From positions 3,072,001 through 3,136,000 of the forward strand of contig CM000151.3 in assembly GCA_000004695.1 (NCBI GenBank): a stretch of DNA of 64,000 nucleotides, read 5' to 3'. Of the stretch, positions 18,613 through 32,371 are shown piece by piece. This DNA is from Dictyostelium discoideum. Lineage: Eukaryota. Within the stretch, counting starts at the first letter, position 1. Each line of letters starts with the position of its first letter. The position numbers were made by a program, and so were the translations under genes. Below the pieces are notes generated by a model. The model was not told the origin of the DNA. It did no database searches and was given only the letters and a program-made list of their open reading frames with translations.

Positions 18613-19366
18613 CACCACCATTATCACCATTATCTGCACTTATAAGTTGATTGTTATTATTATTATTATCAGTATTTAATTTTATATCAATATCTAAAAC
18701 TTGAGGATTTAAACCTAAACTTTTTAAAGGACTTTTATGTAATATCTTTGTTTCATTATCTAAATATTGACCAGAGATAACTTTAATCATGAAATCAGTA
18801 TTACCATTTGTACGTTGAATTAATGGAATTGATTCATTCGATACATATTGGTAATCTGGTTCAACCATTTTCAATTGTTTTGGTAAATTTAACCAATAAT
18901 GAATGACCCAAAGTTTAGAGGTTGTCGAGGATGGCATCTCACTATGTACTATACCTTTACCCGATAGTATCCATTGAAGATCACCTGTCTTTAATACAAC
19001 TTTATTACCTAACGAATCATTATGTACCATCAAACCTTCCAACATATATGTCACCAATTGAATACCACGATGTGGATGATCTGGGAATCCTTTTTCATAT
19101 TCTTGAGGTGAATTGGTATTAATTTCATCCAACAATACAAATGGATCAATATGTTGTAACTCTTTATCACCACCTATTAATCTATTCAATACAAATCCTC
19201 CACCGTCACACATATTCTTTTCAAATCTATATACTTTAAATAATGAATTACTCTCTATTAATCCATTCTTTAATACTTTAACAATAACTTCTTTTTCATT
19301 TTTATTACAATTAATTTCACCACCACCACTACTACTACTACTACTACCACTAGTACTAATTGTACA

Positions 19367-19401
<35 letters not shown>

Positions 19402-19465
19402 TGTTATTATTATTATTAATGTTATTATTTCTTTGGACTGGTGTTGAGAAGCAATCCATCATCAT
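18095..19465 (-). CDS. Pirin (bicupin) family protein, single exon, with long Asn/Ser low-complexity insertions
   Basis: GGGFVLNRLIGGDKELQHIDPFVLLDEI...GFPDHPHRGIQLVTYMLEGLMVHNDSLGNKVVLKTGDLQWILSGKGIVHSEMP matches the pirin N-terminal cupin signature (P-H-R-G-F/I-x-x-V/T-Y-x-L-x-G ... GD-Q-WMTAG-GI-HSE). The C-terminal cupin is interrupted by poly-N runs. Confidence 0.8.
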
Positions 19466-20130
19466 GTTTTTTTTTTTATCGTCTTTTGTTATTTGTTTTT
19501 TTTATTTTTTTTTTTTTATATACTAAGGTGTTAATTTTTGCTTTTTTTTTTTTTTTTTTTTTTAATATACAAGTGTTGCGACGTTTTTTTTTTTTTTTTT
19601 TATAATTGATATTTTAATTAAAATTTTGCCCCAGGTGTTGGGGCTCTCAAAAAAAAAAAAATAAAAAAAAATAAAAAAATTAAAAAAATTAAAAATTATT
19701 TTTAATTTTTTTATTTTTTATTTATTTTTTTTTTTTTATTTTTTTTTTATTTTTTTTTAATATCTCTCACAATTTCGAAATACATTATAATTTTTTATTT
19801 TTTTTATTTTTTCTATTTTTCTATTTTTTTTTTTTATTGGAATATTCAAGTTAACTTATTAATTTGTAACAATCACTTTTTAAAAATACTGCACATATAA
19901 TAATAATAATAATAATAATAAAATAATAATTATAGTAATAATAATAATAGTAATAACAATAATAAGGAAAAAAGTTTAAATGGCTATTGGCATTAAATCA
20001 TATATTAAATAGACTTTTTTTTTGTAAACCCAATCTCTCAAAAAATAAAAAAATAAAAAAATAAAAAAATAAAAAAAGAAAAAAAAAAATTTAAAACAAT
20101 AGTTTTTTTTTTATAATATAAATTTATACA

Positions 20131-20198
20131 ATGTTTACGAAATATTCACACCATAATGGTTATCAGGGTAAGTATTTTCATTATAATTTTTTTTATTC

Positions 20199-20229
<31 letters not shown>

Positions 20230-21214
20230 AAAGAAAAAAAAATTTTTTATAATGAAATTTATATTAATATAGATTGATCATATTTATATATGTTTAGATG
20301 GAAGTCATTTACAACCTTTTCAATATCAACAACAAACTTATAATCAACAATCATATTTGAGACAACAACAACAAGCACCACAACAAATTTCTTATGGATT
20401 TAATCAACCAAATTCACCAACATCATCATCATCAACACCATCATCATCAACGGCAATGGGAAATTCATTCCAAAATCAAAGACAAATCAATTTACAACAA
20501 CAACAACAACAAGAACAATTTTTACAAGAACAAGTTTTTTATCAACAACAATTATTACAACAACAATCACAAATTAAAGAACAACAACGACAAAAAGAAC
20601 AAAAACAAAAAACAAATATTTTAAATATATATAAAGAGGGAAAACAAAAAATTATGATGTCTTTTTATAATCTTTATAGAAATTGTATGTTTTTAGGAAT
20701 TATTATTTATTTTCTATTATTATTTCATCGTTTATATATATTAACATTTTATTTAAAGATCCAACGGAGCCTCCACATTTTTCACCCTCACCAATTTGGT
20801 TAATGGGAAGGTGTTATACCTCAAAAGATAATAATAGTAATAATAATAGTAATAATAATCAAGTACCACAGACCCAACCAACACAACTTCAACAATCTAT
20901 AGGTATTTTTCAAAATAACAATAGTAATAGTAATAATAATAATAATCATAATAATAATCATAATAATAACAACAACAATTTAACTACAGATCTTATATAT
21001 AGACCAGCTATAGAATCAGGATTTTTATCAGATGTAGCTTCAATGATATGGTTTAGTTATAGGAAAGATTTCCCACCAATAGAAAATACAAATATTACTA
21101 CAGATATTGGTTGGGGTTGTATGTTAAGAACTGGTCAAATGATATTAGCTAGAGCATTAATTAAACATCTTTATAAAGAAAATGGTATGATTATTTGTTG
21201 TTTTATTTTATAAT

Positions 21215-21272
<58 letters not shown>

Positions 21273-22824
21273 TTAAACTTTATTAACCAATTAATTATTT
21301 TTATTTATTTTTTTTTTTTTTAAAAAAAAAAAAAGATATGGTACCAGAAATAGAAAGAAAGAAACCACATTCAAATTATAGCCAAGTGTTGGCATGGTTT
21401 AGTGATTATCCTTCAAAGGAGCATGTATATGGTATACATCAAATTGTAAATAAAAAACAAGCAATGGAAAAGAATAATAGAAAACAACAAATTTTAAGAG
21501 AACAAGTGATTTCATTAAATCGAGGAGGAGGAGGAAGTTCTAAAGGAAAAAAGAAAAAAGAAAAAGAAGAAGAGATAAATGATAATGTAGAGGAATGGTT
21601 AGCTCCAACTAGAATTTCAAATATTTTAAGACAATTAATTAAATTTCAACATTTGGAAGATTTAGAAATGTACGTTCCAACTGATGGTGTCATATATAAA
21701 GATTATATAAATAATTTATGTAATAATAGTAATACACATAATCATTATCAAATTATTCAACAACAATTACAACATTTAAGAGAACAACAAAATATTCAAC
21801 AAAATAATAATAAAAATAATAATAACAACAACCCAACAACCACAACAACTACAACAACCACAGCAACAAGTAGTAATAATAACAATAATCAATCACCACC
21901 ATCTAGAGTACCAAATGGATATAATAATCAAGTATTTGATGATGAATCATTATTTGACTATAACACAGCTATTAGTTCAATACCACCAAAGTGGAAATCA
22001 TTGATTATTATGATACCTTTGAAATTGGGTGCAGATAAATTAAACTCAACCTATATTGAAAAATTAAAATTATTATTAAAATTACCACAAAGTTTAGGTT
22101 TTATTGGTGGTAAACCAAAACAATCATTTTATTTTATTGGTTTTCAAGATGATCAAGTCATTTATTTAGATCCTCATTTTGTCCAAGAAAGTGTTAATCC
22201 AAATTCATTCGATTATTCAAATGTAAGTTTTATAAATAATAATAATAATAATTCATTCGATTATTCAAATCTAAGTTTTATTAATATATATTTATATATA
22301 TATTATAAATAATAATTAAATAGACATATAGTGGATGTATACCGCAAAAAATGCCATTTACACAATTAGATCCATCTTTATCAATTGGATTTTATTGTAG
22401 AGATCAAGCAAGTTTTGAAGATCTTTGTGATAGATTATCTGTAATTAATAATTGTGAATTTCCAATCATTTCAGTTTGTCAAAAGTTACCAGATTATCAA
22501 ATCGAATGTGAATTGGTTGATGATTATGCAGAGAGTGAAACAACTGAAATGCTTGCAATCACTATTGCAAATGGTGGAAATAATCATTCTTGTATTCCTG
22601 AAAATATTGTTGTTGATGATGAAGAATTTATAGTTCATCATCATATTCCCTATAATCCAAATAATAATCAAAATAATAATCAAAATAATAATAATAACAA
22701 CAACAAAAACAACAACAACAACACTAACCAACAACAAACTCCAAACTATCCACCAAAATTAAATACTTATCAACCTGATTTTTCTAGTGATGGTGAAATC
22801 GATGATTTTACAATGGTTGGCTAA
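20131..22824 (+). CDS. atg4: Autophagy cysteine protease Atg4 (C54 peptidase). Five exons: 20131..20167, 20298..20684, 20759..21184, 21336..22222, 22324..22824.
   Basis: The catalytic Cys is in ...DIGWGCMLRTGQMILARAL and the catalytic Asp-Pro-His in ...VIYLDPHFVQ. Flanking blocks read SFYNLYRN-Y-PTEPPHFSPSPIWLMGRCYTS, YSQVLAWFSDYPSKEHVYGIHQIV, GFIGGKPKQSFYFIGFQDDQ, LDPSLSIGFYCRDQASFEDLCDRL. All are colinear with ATG4B. Splice phases are consistent (CAG G|GTAAGT...TTTAG|AT; ...AATT|GTATGT...AAAG|AT; AAT G|GTATGA...AAAG|AT; AAT|GTAAGT...ATAG|ACA). Exon 2 carries a Gln-rich N-terminal extension. Confidence 0.85.
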
Positions 22825-22850
22825 AAAAAAAAAAAACAAAAACAAAAACA

Positions 22851-22887
<37 letters not shown>

Positions 22888-23015
22888 AGTAAATAGATCT
22901 TCCTCTTCTTTTATTTATTTCCCAACTCCAATTCTCCTTAATAAAATTTTTGTAATATAATTCCAACCAAATAGTATCACTTTTTTTTTTTTTTAATATA
23001 TATTAATTTATTTAT

Positions 23016-23284
23016 TTAAACTTTTGTTATGAAAACTTCCTCTGGTAAACGAATTTGAACTTTATCACCAGGTTTTAAATAAATTGGACCTTTACAAGAA
23101 CGACCATTTTCAAAATGAAGAACATTATTGTTTTGGAGATCTGATACAGATCTAATAGTAAGATCAATTTGTGTTGGTCCTTTAAAATCAATTACATTAC
23201 CATTATATGTTCTAAAATGGAATTCAGTATCTATTTAATTGGAAAAAACAAATGAATATAATTAGTTTTTATTTTTTTATTTAA

Positions 23285-23376
<92 letters not shown>

Positions 23377-23837
23377 ACAATACCTTCACCGAATAAAGAT
23401 AAATATGGTGAATAACCATCTAATTGTGAAATATTTGTACAAACAAAATCTTCATCATCTTCTTCATCACCTTCACTATCAATTCTTCTAAAAACAAAAG
23501 CTTTACCATCTTTGATAGTTTCAACGAAATTATAAGTACTTCTTGAGAGATCAACTAATTCTATATTCTCTGCACTTCTAAATTTAATATTACTTTTTGA
23601 ACCATCAATAACATTCTTCATATCGGTAATGATGAAACCACCTCTCATTGCAACCTTTTGATGTACAACTTTCTCAATTTGGAATAATTTGGACTTATGT
23701 TCAATCCACATACCTTTCTTTAATTCACTTGCTTCAATCTCTTGAAATCTTTTTGCATATTGGCATGTTTCAATAGTTGATTGTTGTCTATTTATTAAAC
23801 GTGTAATACTTGTTGATGCTTTTAAAAATTTATTCAT
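23016..23837 (-). CDS. Bacterial-type translation elongation factor P (EF-P) homologue with a presequence-like N-terminus. Two exons: 23384..23837, 23016..23230. The intron is mostly (ATT)n.
   Basis: ASELKKGMWIEHKSKLFQIEKVVHQKVAMRGGFIITDMKNVIDGSKSNIKFRSAENIELVDL...TYNFVETIKDGKAFVFRR aligns residue-for-residue with E. coli EF-P domain I-II ([43 protein letters not shown]...). The C-terminal exon (...KGPTQIDLTIRSVS...KGPIYLKPGDKVQIRLPEEVFITKV*) matches EF-P domain III (...[30 protein letters not shown]). The N-terminal 35 aa (MNKFLKASTSITRLINRQQSTIETCQYAKRF) are basic and hydroxylated, like a mitochondrial targeting peptide. Confidence 0.75.
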
Positions 23838-24405
23838 TTTTTTCAGTTGTTACTATAAATTATTTTAAAAAATAAAAAACAATAAATGTTGAAATTTTTT
23901 TTTTTTTTTTTTTTTCCAAGCAATTTGGATTTTTTTTTTTTTTTATTTTTTTTTTTATTTTTTATTATTTTTAATTATTTTTTTATTTGGGTTTATATTA
24001 AAAAAAAAAAAAAAAAATCCAAATATTATTTAGCACTTTCATTTTCTCTTGATTAAGCAAATTGTTTTTTTTATTTTTTTTATTTTTTTATTTTTTTTTA
24101 TCTTTTTTATTTTTCTTTATTAAATTAATTTTTCCAATTAAGTTTTAATTGATTAAAAACTTTATTGAAAAAGGTTAATAAAAAATATCTACCGTTTTTT
24201 TTTTTTTTTCTCAAAGGGCTACGAGAAAATAAATCTAAATTTGAATATTAAAAAAAAAAAAAAATGTGAAATCAAAAATATCTTTCCACCAATTTTTAGT
24301 TTTATTTTTTTTTTTTTTTTTTTTAATTTTATTTTTTTTTAATTTTATTTTTTTACCTTTTTTTTTTTTTTTTTTTTTTTATATATGGATATTATTTGTA
24401 TATAA

Positions 24406-25331
24406 ATGGTAAATAATAATAATAAAAATAATAAAATTAATGACAGAGAAAATGAAGAAAATGAAAAAAATAAAAAAAAGGATAAAATATATGAAAATAA
24501 AATAGGAATTAATGAAAATAATAATGAAAATAATAATTACCAAAATGAAAATTTTATTTATACAAGCGGAGATAGTAATGATACACAAGAGGGTGATATT
24601 TCTGAAATACAAGAAGAATCTACAAATGAAAATAATAAAAAATTAAAAAAAAGAAAAATAAAAAAAACCAAAAGTCTTTATTTTTATAAATGTGTTACAG
24701 GGCCCGATAAATTATTTTTTATAGTTACTCAAATTTTTATATTAGTTCCATCATTATTTTTTGAAATCAAATTGTATGTTTAATTTTTTTTTTTTTTTAA
24801 ATTATTTTAATTATAACATATATTAACAATTTATTTATTTTCTTTATTAATTTTATTAAATTAAATAAAATTAAATTAAATAAAAAAAAAAGGGTACCAA
24901 TAAGTTTAGAAATTTCAAAAAAATTAGAAATTTCAAATTATATCATTACTTTAACATTATTGGTTTTTATATTTTATAATTTATATAAATGCGCATTTAC
25001 AAATCCAGGTATAATTACAAGAAATAATATTGAAGAAAGTAAAAAAGATAAAATAAAATTAACAAAATTACAAGCAACTAAAAAAGCTTTAAAGAAATTT
25101 ATAACATCAGGTATGGATGAAATTGCAAATGATGATCCAATTTCATCATCATCTGATTTTAGTGATAGCGATGATGATGATCAAGATGAACAAGGTGGTA
25201 GTAGTAGTGCTCGAAATAGTTTTGAAAATAGTGGTGATTTCATCGTAGAAATGGAACAACCCACAAATAGTAACAACAACAACAGTAATAATAATAATAA
25301 TAATAATAAAAATAGAAATAGAAATAATAAC

Positions 25332-25363
<32 letters not shown>

Positions 25364-25850
25364 TCAATCAAAATATAAAGAAATTCAAATTGGTGATAGT
25401 GATTTTAAATATAAATGTAAATTTTGTATTACATGTGGATTATATAGAGAACCAAGATCTTTTCATTGCTCAACTTGTAATAATTGTGTAGAGAATTTTG
25501 ATCATCATTGTGTTTGGATTGGAAATTGTATTGGTCGTAGAAATTATAGAGAATTTTTTTATTTTATAACAACAACTTTAATTTATGCACTATATCTTTT
25601 ATCAATGTCAATTGTATTTTTAAATCAAATTGTAAATACAACTGAATCACCTGCAAATAAAATTAATAATAATAATATTAATAGTAATAGTAGCAATCAC
25701 AATAGTAGTAATGATTTAAATGAAAAGTTTGAAAAATCAATAAATAATATTTTATATGCTTTAAGAACTACAAGTGGAGGTTTATGGTAAGTCGAAAAAT
25801 CTAATTTAAAGATAATCTCAAATCAATGTGATTAATCACCCACACTGTGC

Positions 25851-25882
<32 letters not shown>

Positions 25883-26235
25883 TTTTTTTTTTTAATTATT
25901 GATTTTTTTTTTTTTTTAAAAAAAAAAAAAAGATAAATCAATTAACTTTTTCTTAATTTTCCTGATTACTAATAATTTTTATTTTTAGTATTTTTATAAT
26001 TATTTTTGGTTTTATAATGTCACTGTTGTTAGGATTTTTAGTATCATATCATATAAGATTAACTCTTTCAAATAAATCAACAATCGAGGATTTTAAAAAG
26101 ATTTTCGAAAACCAAATAAACCCATACGATAAAGGGTGGTTGTTCAACTTAAAAATTAAACTTTTTAATTTCAATAATAGTAATAATAATATTAATATTA
26201 ATAATAATAATACTAATAATAATATTAATTCTTAA
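24406..26235 (+). CDS. DHHC-type protein S-acyltransferase (zf-DHHC). About three exons: 24406..~24773, ~24928..25786, 25989..26235.
   Basis: The DHHC-CRD is read directly: CKFCITCGLYREPRSFHCSTCNNCVENFDHHCVWIGNCIGRRNYREFF. Four predicted TM helices and the post-TM4 TTxE-like motif (KSTIEDF) are present. The exon2/3 join is TATG|GTAAGT...TTTTAG|T, phase 2+1. The exon1/2 join (donor GTATGT at 24774; acceptors at 24909 or 24927) could not be brought into phase by eye. Confidence 0.78.
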
Positions 26236-27182
26236 AAAAAAAAAAAAAAATAATTTCAATATTTTATTTTTTAAATAAATAATAATTAAGAATTCTTTCT
26301 ATTTTTATCTAATTATTTATTTAATTTAATTTATTAAATTTATTTATTTATTTATTTATTTTTTTTTTTTCTTTTTTCCAAAATTATTATTATTTTTTGT
26401 ATTATCTTGGAAAATTAAAAATTTAATTTAAAGCTTTTTTACGAAGATACAATTATCAGTTTTTTTAAATCAAATTATTTAGATTTATTAATTCCCTAAT
26501 AAAGGTTAATAATTTACAATTATGCTTGTATTTTTTAATAGTTTTTTTTTTATTTTACTTTCACATTAAAAGGACAATGAGGCAAATCACCAAAAACTAT
26601 ACAAAGAATCTTTTTTGAGGAATGTGATTTAATTTTAACTTGTTTGTTTCTCATAAACTTTAATCTTTTTTTTTTAATAAAAAAAAAAAAAAAAAAAAAA
26701 AAAAGGAAAAAATCTAGTTATGATCAAAAAAAAAAAAAAAATTAGAAATAAAAAAAAAAAAAAAATATTTAATCTCGCCAAATTAAGATATTTATAAAAA
26801 AAAAAAAAAATATATTAAAATTTAAAAAAAAAACAATTTTGTAATCCAGTGCACTGGATGATTATTAAAAAATTAGTAAATTGGCAAACATATCATCAAA
26901 ATTTCTTTTAAAATAATGAGTACACATTTTAAATCTAAAAAGTTATTTTGTTTTTTTTTTATTTTTCTATTTTTTTTTTTTTTTTCTATTTTTTTTTTTT
27001 TTATTATTTTTTATTTTTTTTTTAATGTAATAATTTTTTTTTTTCTAAAAAAAGTGTCCTCACAAATATTTTTAATATATGTATACTGTTTTTATTAAAT
27101 AATTTACATTAATCATAAATTATTAATAATAAACACCACCCACAGTATCAATCAAAAAAAAAAAAAAAAATCAAAAAAAACC

Positions 27183-27213
<31 letters not shown>

Positions 27214-27905
27214 TCACATTATAAAAATAATAAAATAACTATTACAATAACTCACACATTCTCTACACAAATTATTTTAAACACAAATAATTTAAATTAC
27301 CCACACCACACATTAAAACCAACATTAACACTTTTTTTTATAACGGTATTGTACACCTACCTTTGTAAAAAAAAATATATATAAATTTTTTTTAAAAAAA
27401 ATAAAAATAAAAAAAAAAAAAAAATAATTAATTGCATTGTAATTTTGTTTTTGATTTATCGTCAACTATTACATCCTTTTAAAATTCATTCTAATATTTA
27501 CACAAAAAATAAATAACCTAATAATATTTAAAAAAACAATAGTAATAGTAATAGTAATATTAATAATAAAAATAATAGAAACCATTAATGATTAAATAAT
27601 TTTTTTTTGTTATTAATTTTTTATTTTTTTATTTTTCCTTAATCGTTCAAAGTCATTAATCTAAAAAAAAAAAAAAAGAAAAAAAAAATAGTTTAAAAAC
27701 TATAGTTTTTATTTTTTTTTTTTATTTTTTTCTTGTAATTTTATTTATTTATTTATTTATTTTTGTAATAATATAAAAAAAAAAAAAAAAAAAAAACAAA
27801 AAAAAAAAACAAAAAAAAAAAAAATAAAAGATTTTTAAAGATATATAAAGATAAAAAGATAAAAATAAAAATAAAAAAATAAAAAAATATTTTTTTTAAA
27901 GAAAA

Positions 27906-29266
27906 ATGATTTATTTAAAAATATTAGAAAAATTAAATCAAGCAATTTGGTTATTCGATATAAATAAAAGAGTATTGATTTGGGGTAATCAATCATGTAA
28001 AAAATATAAAAATATTGAATCAATAACATCATTATTTAATAATTCAAATTTAATAAATGATATTAGAAATGGTAAATCAAAACATGAACACATCGATATA
28101 ATAGAATCCAACGAAAATGGAGAGATTTTAAAACAAATGATATTTAAATATTCATCAATACATATTAGTGATATGGATGCAAGACAATTATATTTGGATA
28201 CTAGTATTAATTTATTAGTAAATCAAGATAGTCATTATTTAGATTACGAAGGTAAACGAATTTTTATATTAGTAGAAGCAATTGAAGAAATTAAATTTAT
28301 TCAATCACCATTATCATCATCAATTGAAAATCATAATATAAATAATAATCAAAATAATCAAAATTCTGTAAATATTAATAGTAGTAATAAAGGACAATAT
28401 AATAGACCAGAACCATCAAACATGGGATCTTGGGAATGGAATGTTCAAAATGATACAACTAAAGCATCTAATCAATTTTATAAAATAATTGGTATTGAAA
28501 ATGATTTTAATAAAAAATTGAATTTTAATGATTTTATTAATAAACTTGGTATTCAAGAAATTCAACCAATAATTAATAATTGTATAGAATCAAATAGTTC
28601 TTCATTTGAATATCCATTAAGAATTAATAGAAAAAATGATAATTTAGTTAGATATATTCAATTAAAGTTTGTATTATTATTATTATTATAATTATCATTT
28701 TTATTAATTATTTATTAATTTCCAAACTTTTTTTTTTATTTTTTTTTTTTTTTTTCAATGAAAAAAAAAAGAGGTGAAATTATTAAAAAAGATGATAAAG
28801 TTTTTAAAGTTTTAGGAGTTTGTCATGATTTTAGTGAAATTCAAGAAGCAAAAGATAAATTAGAAGAAGAGAGTAAATTTGTTGAAGCATTAATTGGTTG
28901 TTTAAAAGCAGGCATTGTTGCATGTAATTCAAATGGTGATTTAACACATTTCAATAAGAGTGCACAAGATTTACATGGATTAGAATTGAACGATAAAACC
29001 GATAGAAAACAATTATTAGATCAAATTTTAAAATGTTATAGATCACCATATGAACAAATAAATTTAGAAAAATCAGGTACACCAATTATTAGAGCATTAA
29101 GTGGTGAATTTATAAATGATCAAGAAATTATAATTACTCCAACTTCAAATCAACAACAATCATCATTATCAAAATCAAATAGACCAAGATCACAATCAAA
29201 TTGTTCAAATGGTAATAAATCACAAAATAGATTATCAAAAAATTATAGTACAACAACAACAACAAC

Positions 29267-29330
<64 letters not shown>

Positions 29331-32282
29331 TCAATTTCACAACAACAACAAACACAAGTATCAACACAACAAACACAACAACAACAAAATACAACAAATG
29401 GAATAGGTGGTGCAACAACATCAACAACAGCAGCAGCAGCAACAATAACATCACCACAACAAATACCAATTGCAACTAAAATTCCAACAAAGATAAATGA
29501 TAATGAATTTTTAGTTTTGGCAAGTGGTCAAGAGATTGTTTCAAAAGATGGTAAAACCATTGGTGCATTTGTAGCCTTACATGATATTACTGAAAGAAAA
29601 CGTAATGAAGTTATACTAAAGAATGCAACAGAGGAGGCACAAAGGGCTAATCAATTAAAAGGTGAATTTTTGGCAAATATTAGTCATGAATTATTGAGTC
29701 CAATGAATTCAATCATTGGTATGGTTGGTTTATGTTTAGATGTTGCACCAAGGAATCTAAAGGAAATGTTAAATGATGTTGTGGAGTCGTCAAAGATTCT
29801 ATTGGATTTACTTCACCAAATTTTAGATTTCACAACATTGGAATCAAATTCATTGGCAGTTAGACCTTTCCCATTCAAGTTACGTGATACATTCAATCAA
29901 TTATTTAAAGTTTTCTATACACGTATCATTGAAAAGAAGATTAGTTTAACCTTTTCAATCGATCCAAATATTGCCGATGATTTCTATGGTGATCAAAATC
30001 GTTTAAAACAAATCCTTTCAAATCTAATTGATAATGCAATAAAATTTTCAAATTCTTCAAATATAAATAATTCAATTTCAATCATTGTTGAACAATTAAC
30101 TCATAATCAATTTAAAAAATATAAAGACTCTTTTAGATCAAATTCAAAGACTCATAGTAGATTAAATTCACATGATGATTATAGTATCGATGGTGATTAT
30201 GATGATCAAGATAATAATGATTCTTATTTTGGTAGAGATATTAATGTTTCAGATAATGAATCAGCTGTTGGTGGTTTTAGTGAATTAGATGAAAAAGATA
30301 ATAGTGATGATGATGATGAAAATGATGATGAAAATGATGAAACTGATGAAAATGATGATGATACCGACGACGATACATCATCAAACACTTCAAGAAATAA
30401 TATAAGTAATAATTTATTATTTCATAATAATACCAGTGGTGGTGGTGGAGGTGGTATTAATAAACGTGAAAAATTTAAAAAAAAAGATCGTGAAGGGTTT
30501 GTTAATCTAAAATTTTCAATTAAAGATCGTGGTATTGGTGTACCAGAGGATAAACATGATTTCATTTTCGATAGATTCTTTCAAGTTGATGGTTCATATA
30601 GTCGTGTTCAAGGTGGTGTTGGTTTAGGTTTAAGTATTTGCAAAAAGTTAATTGAATTCTTTGGTGGTGCAATTTGGTTTGAAAGTGAAGCATCACAAGG
30701 TTCAACTTTTCATTTCATTCTCTCAATTAAAAGTGTTGAAGCACCATCACCAAAATCACCTTCATTACAATCAAGTAATGGTTCAATCAATTCAACCACT
30801 AAATTATTTGAATCTAGTAGATTAAAAAATGAAATTTATATTCCATCACTTCCAAATGTTCAAACTAAAAAAGTGAAAAAAGATTCAAATGATAATGGTA
30901 ATAACGATTCAACAAATTATGGTATTTCTTTAAGTAATAGTATGAATAATATAAATATCAATGGTAGTACATTAAATAATAATAATAGTATTAATAATAA
31001 TAATAATTCAAATGATAATGGTCCATTAACAAGTCGTACACCATCAAATAGTTATTATAATTTCATTGCCTCTTTAAATAATACATCATTAAAATCTTCA
31101 AGTCATAATACTCTTAGTTCAAGTCCAACTGGTTTTAATGGTATTTCAAATTTAAATATTAGTGGTTTAAATAATCTTAGTAATTTATCAAATAATCCAA
31201 ATAATCTTAATAATATAATTGGTAATACTAATGGAAATAATAATACCAATGGAAATAATAATAGTGGTATAAGTTTAAATAATAGTAATAATAATATTCA
31301 AACTCCAAATGGTTTAAATAATAGTCGTGGTTCAAGTTTAATTTCAACACCTTCAACTAAAAATGTTAAAAAACAACATAGTTGTCCAATGGATTTAATT
31401 CAAAGAATTCATTCAATTTGTACACCACGTGGTCCAATTTCCAAAGAATGTGGTTTAAATAATTTACCAGCTTATTCACCACCAAAATCACCTGGTCGTA
31501 GTTTAAGTCACGGTGGTAAAAATTATTCAAATTTAATTAGTACCCCTAGAGGTGGTGTTGGTTATAGTTCACCACCTATCAACAGTAGTAGTAGTAGTGG
31601 GGGTGGTAGCAGTACAAATGGTAGCAATAGTGGTAATAGTAGTGCAAATAATTCAACTCCTTCATCATCTTCATTATCCTCAACTCCATTAACATCTTCA
31701 AATACACCATCACCAGTTTCAATATCATCAAATAATGTTAATAATAATAATCAACAACAACAAACACAACCAATTTTATCACCAATTTTACCATTAAAAG
31801 ATAACTCAATTGATATCTCTGATTTAAATAATATTAATAGTTTAACACCAAATTCTTCAAATTCAACCTCAACAAATGTAACTCAAAGCAGTTCAAATAT
31901 TATTAATAATGGTAATAGTATAACAATTATAAATAATAATCCAGTTACTCCAAATGGTAAAAAAATAGTTATAGTTCCATTATTAAGTTTACAATCTGCT
32001 TCATCACCAAAACAATCACAACGTGGTTATTCACCAAAACAGCAATACTCTCCAAAACAATATTCACCAAAACAACAATATTCACCAAAACAATATTCAC
32101 CAAAACAGCAACAACAACAGCAACAACAACAACAACAATTAGAACAATTGAGTGGAAGAATGTCACCACATAAATCCAATTTAAGTAGTACAAATCTTCA
32201 TCATATTCATCATCATCATATTCATCAACAACAATCTCAACAACATAATAATACTACTGTTCATTCAAATAATTTAATTTTA

Positions 32283-32371
<89 letters not shown>

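Noticed and set aside
29209-29475. Poly-Ile and poly-Tyr/Leu ORFs on both strands; also 31969..32193 minus
   Set aside because: These are off-frame or antisense readings of low-complexity linkers inside the histidine-kinase exon.
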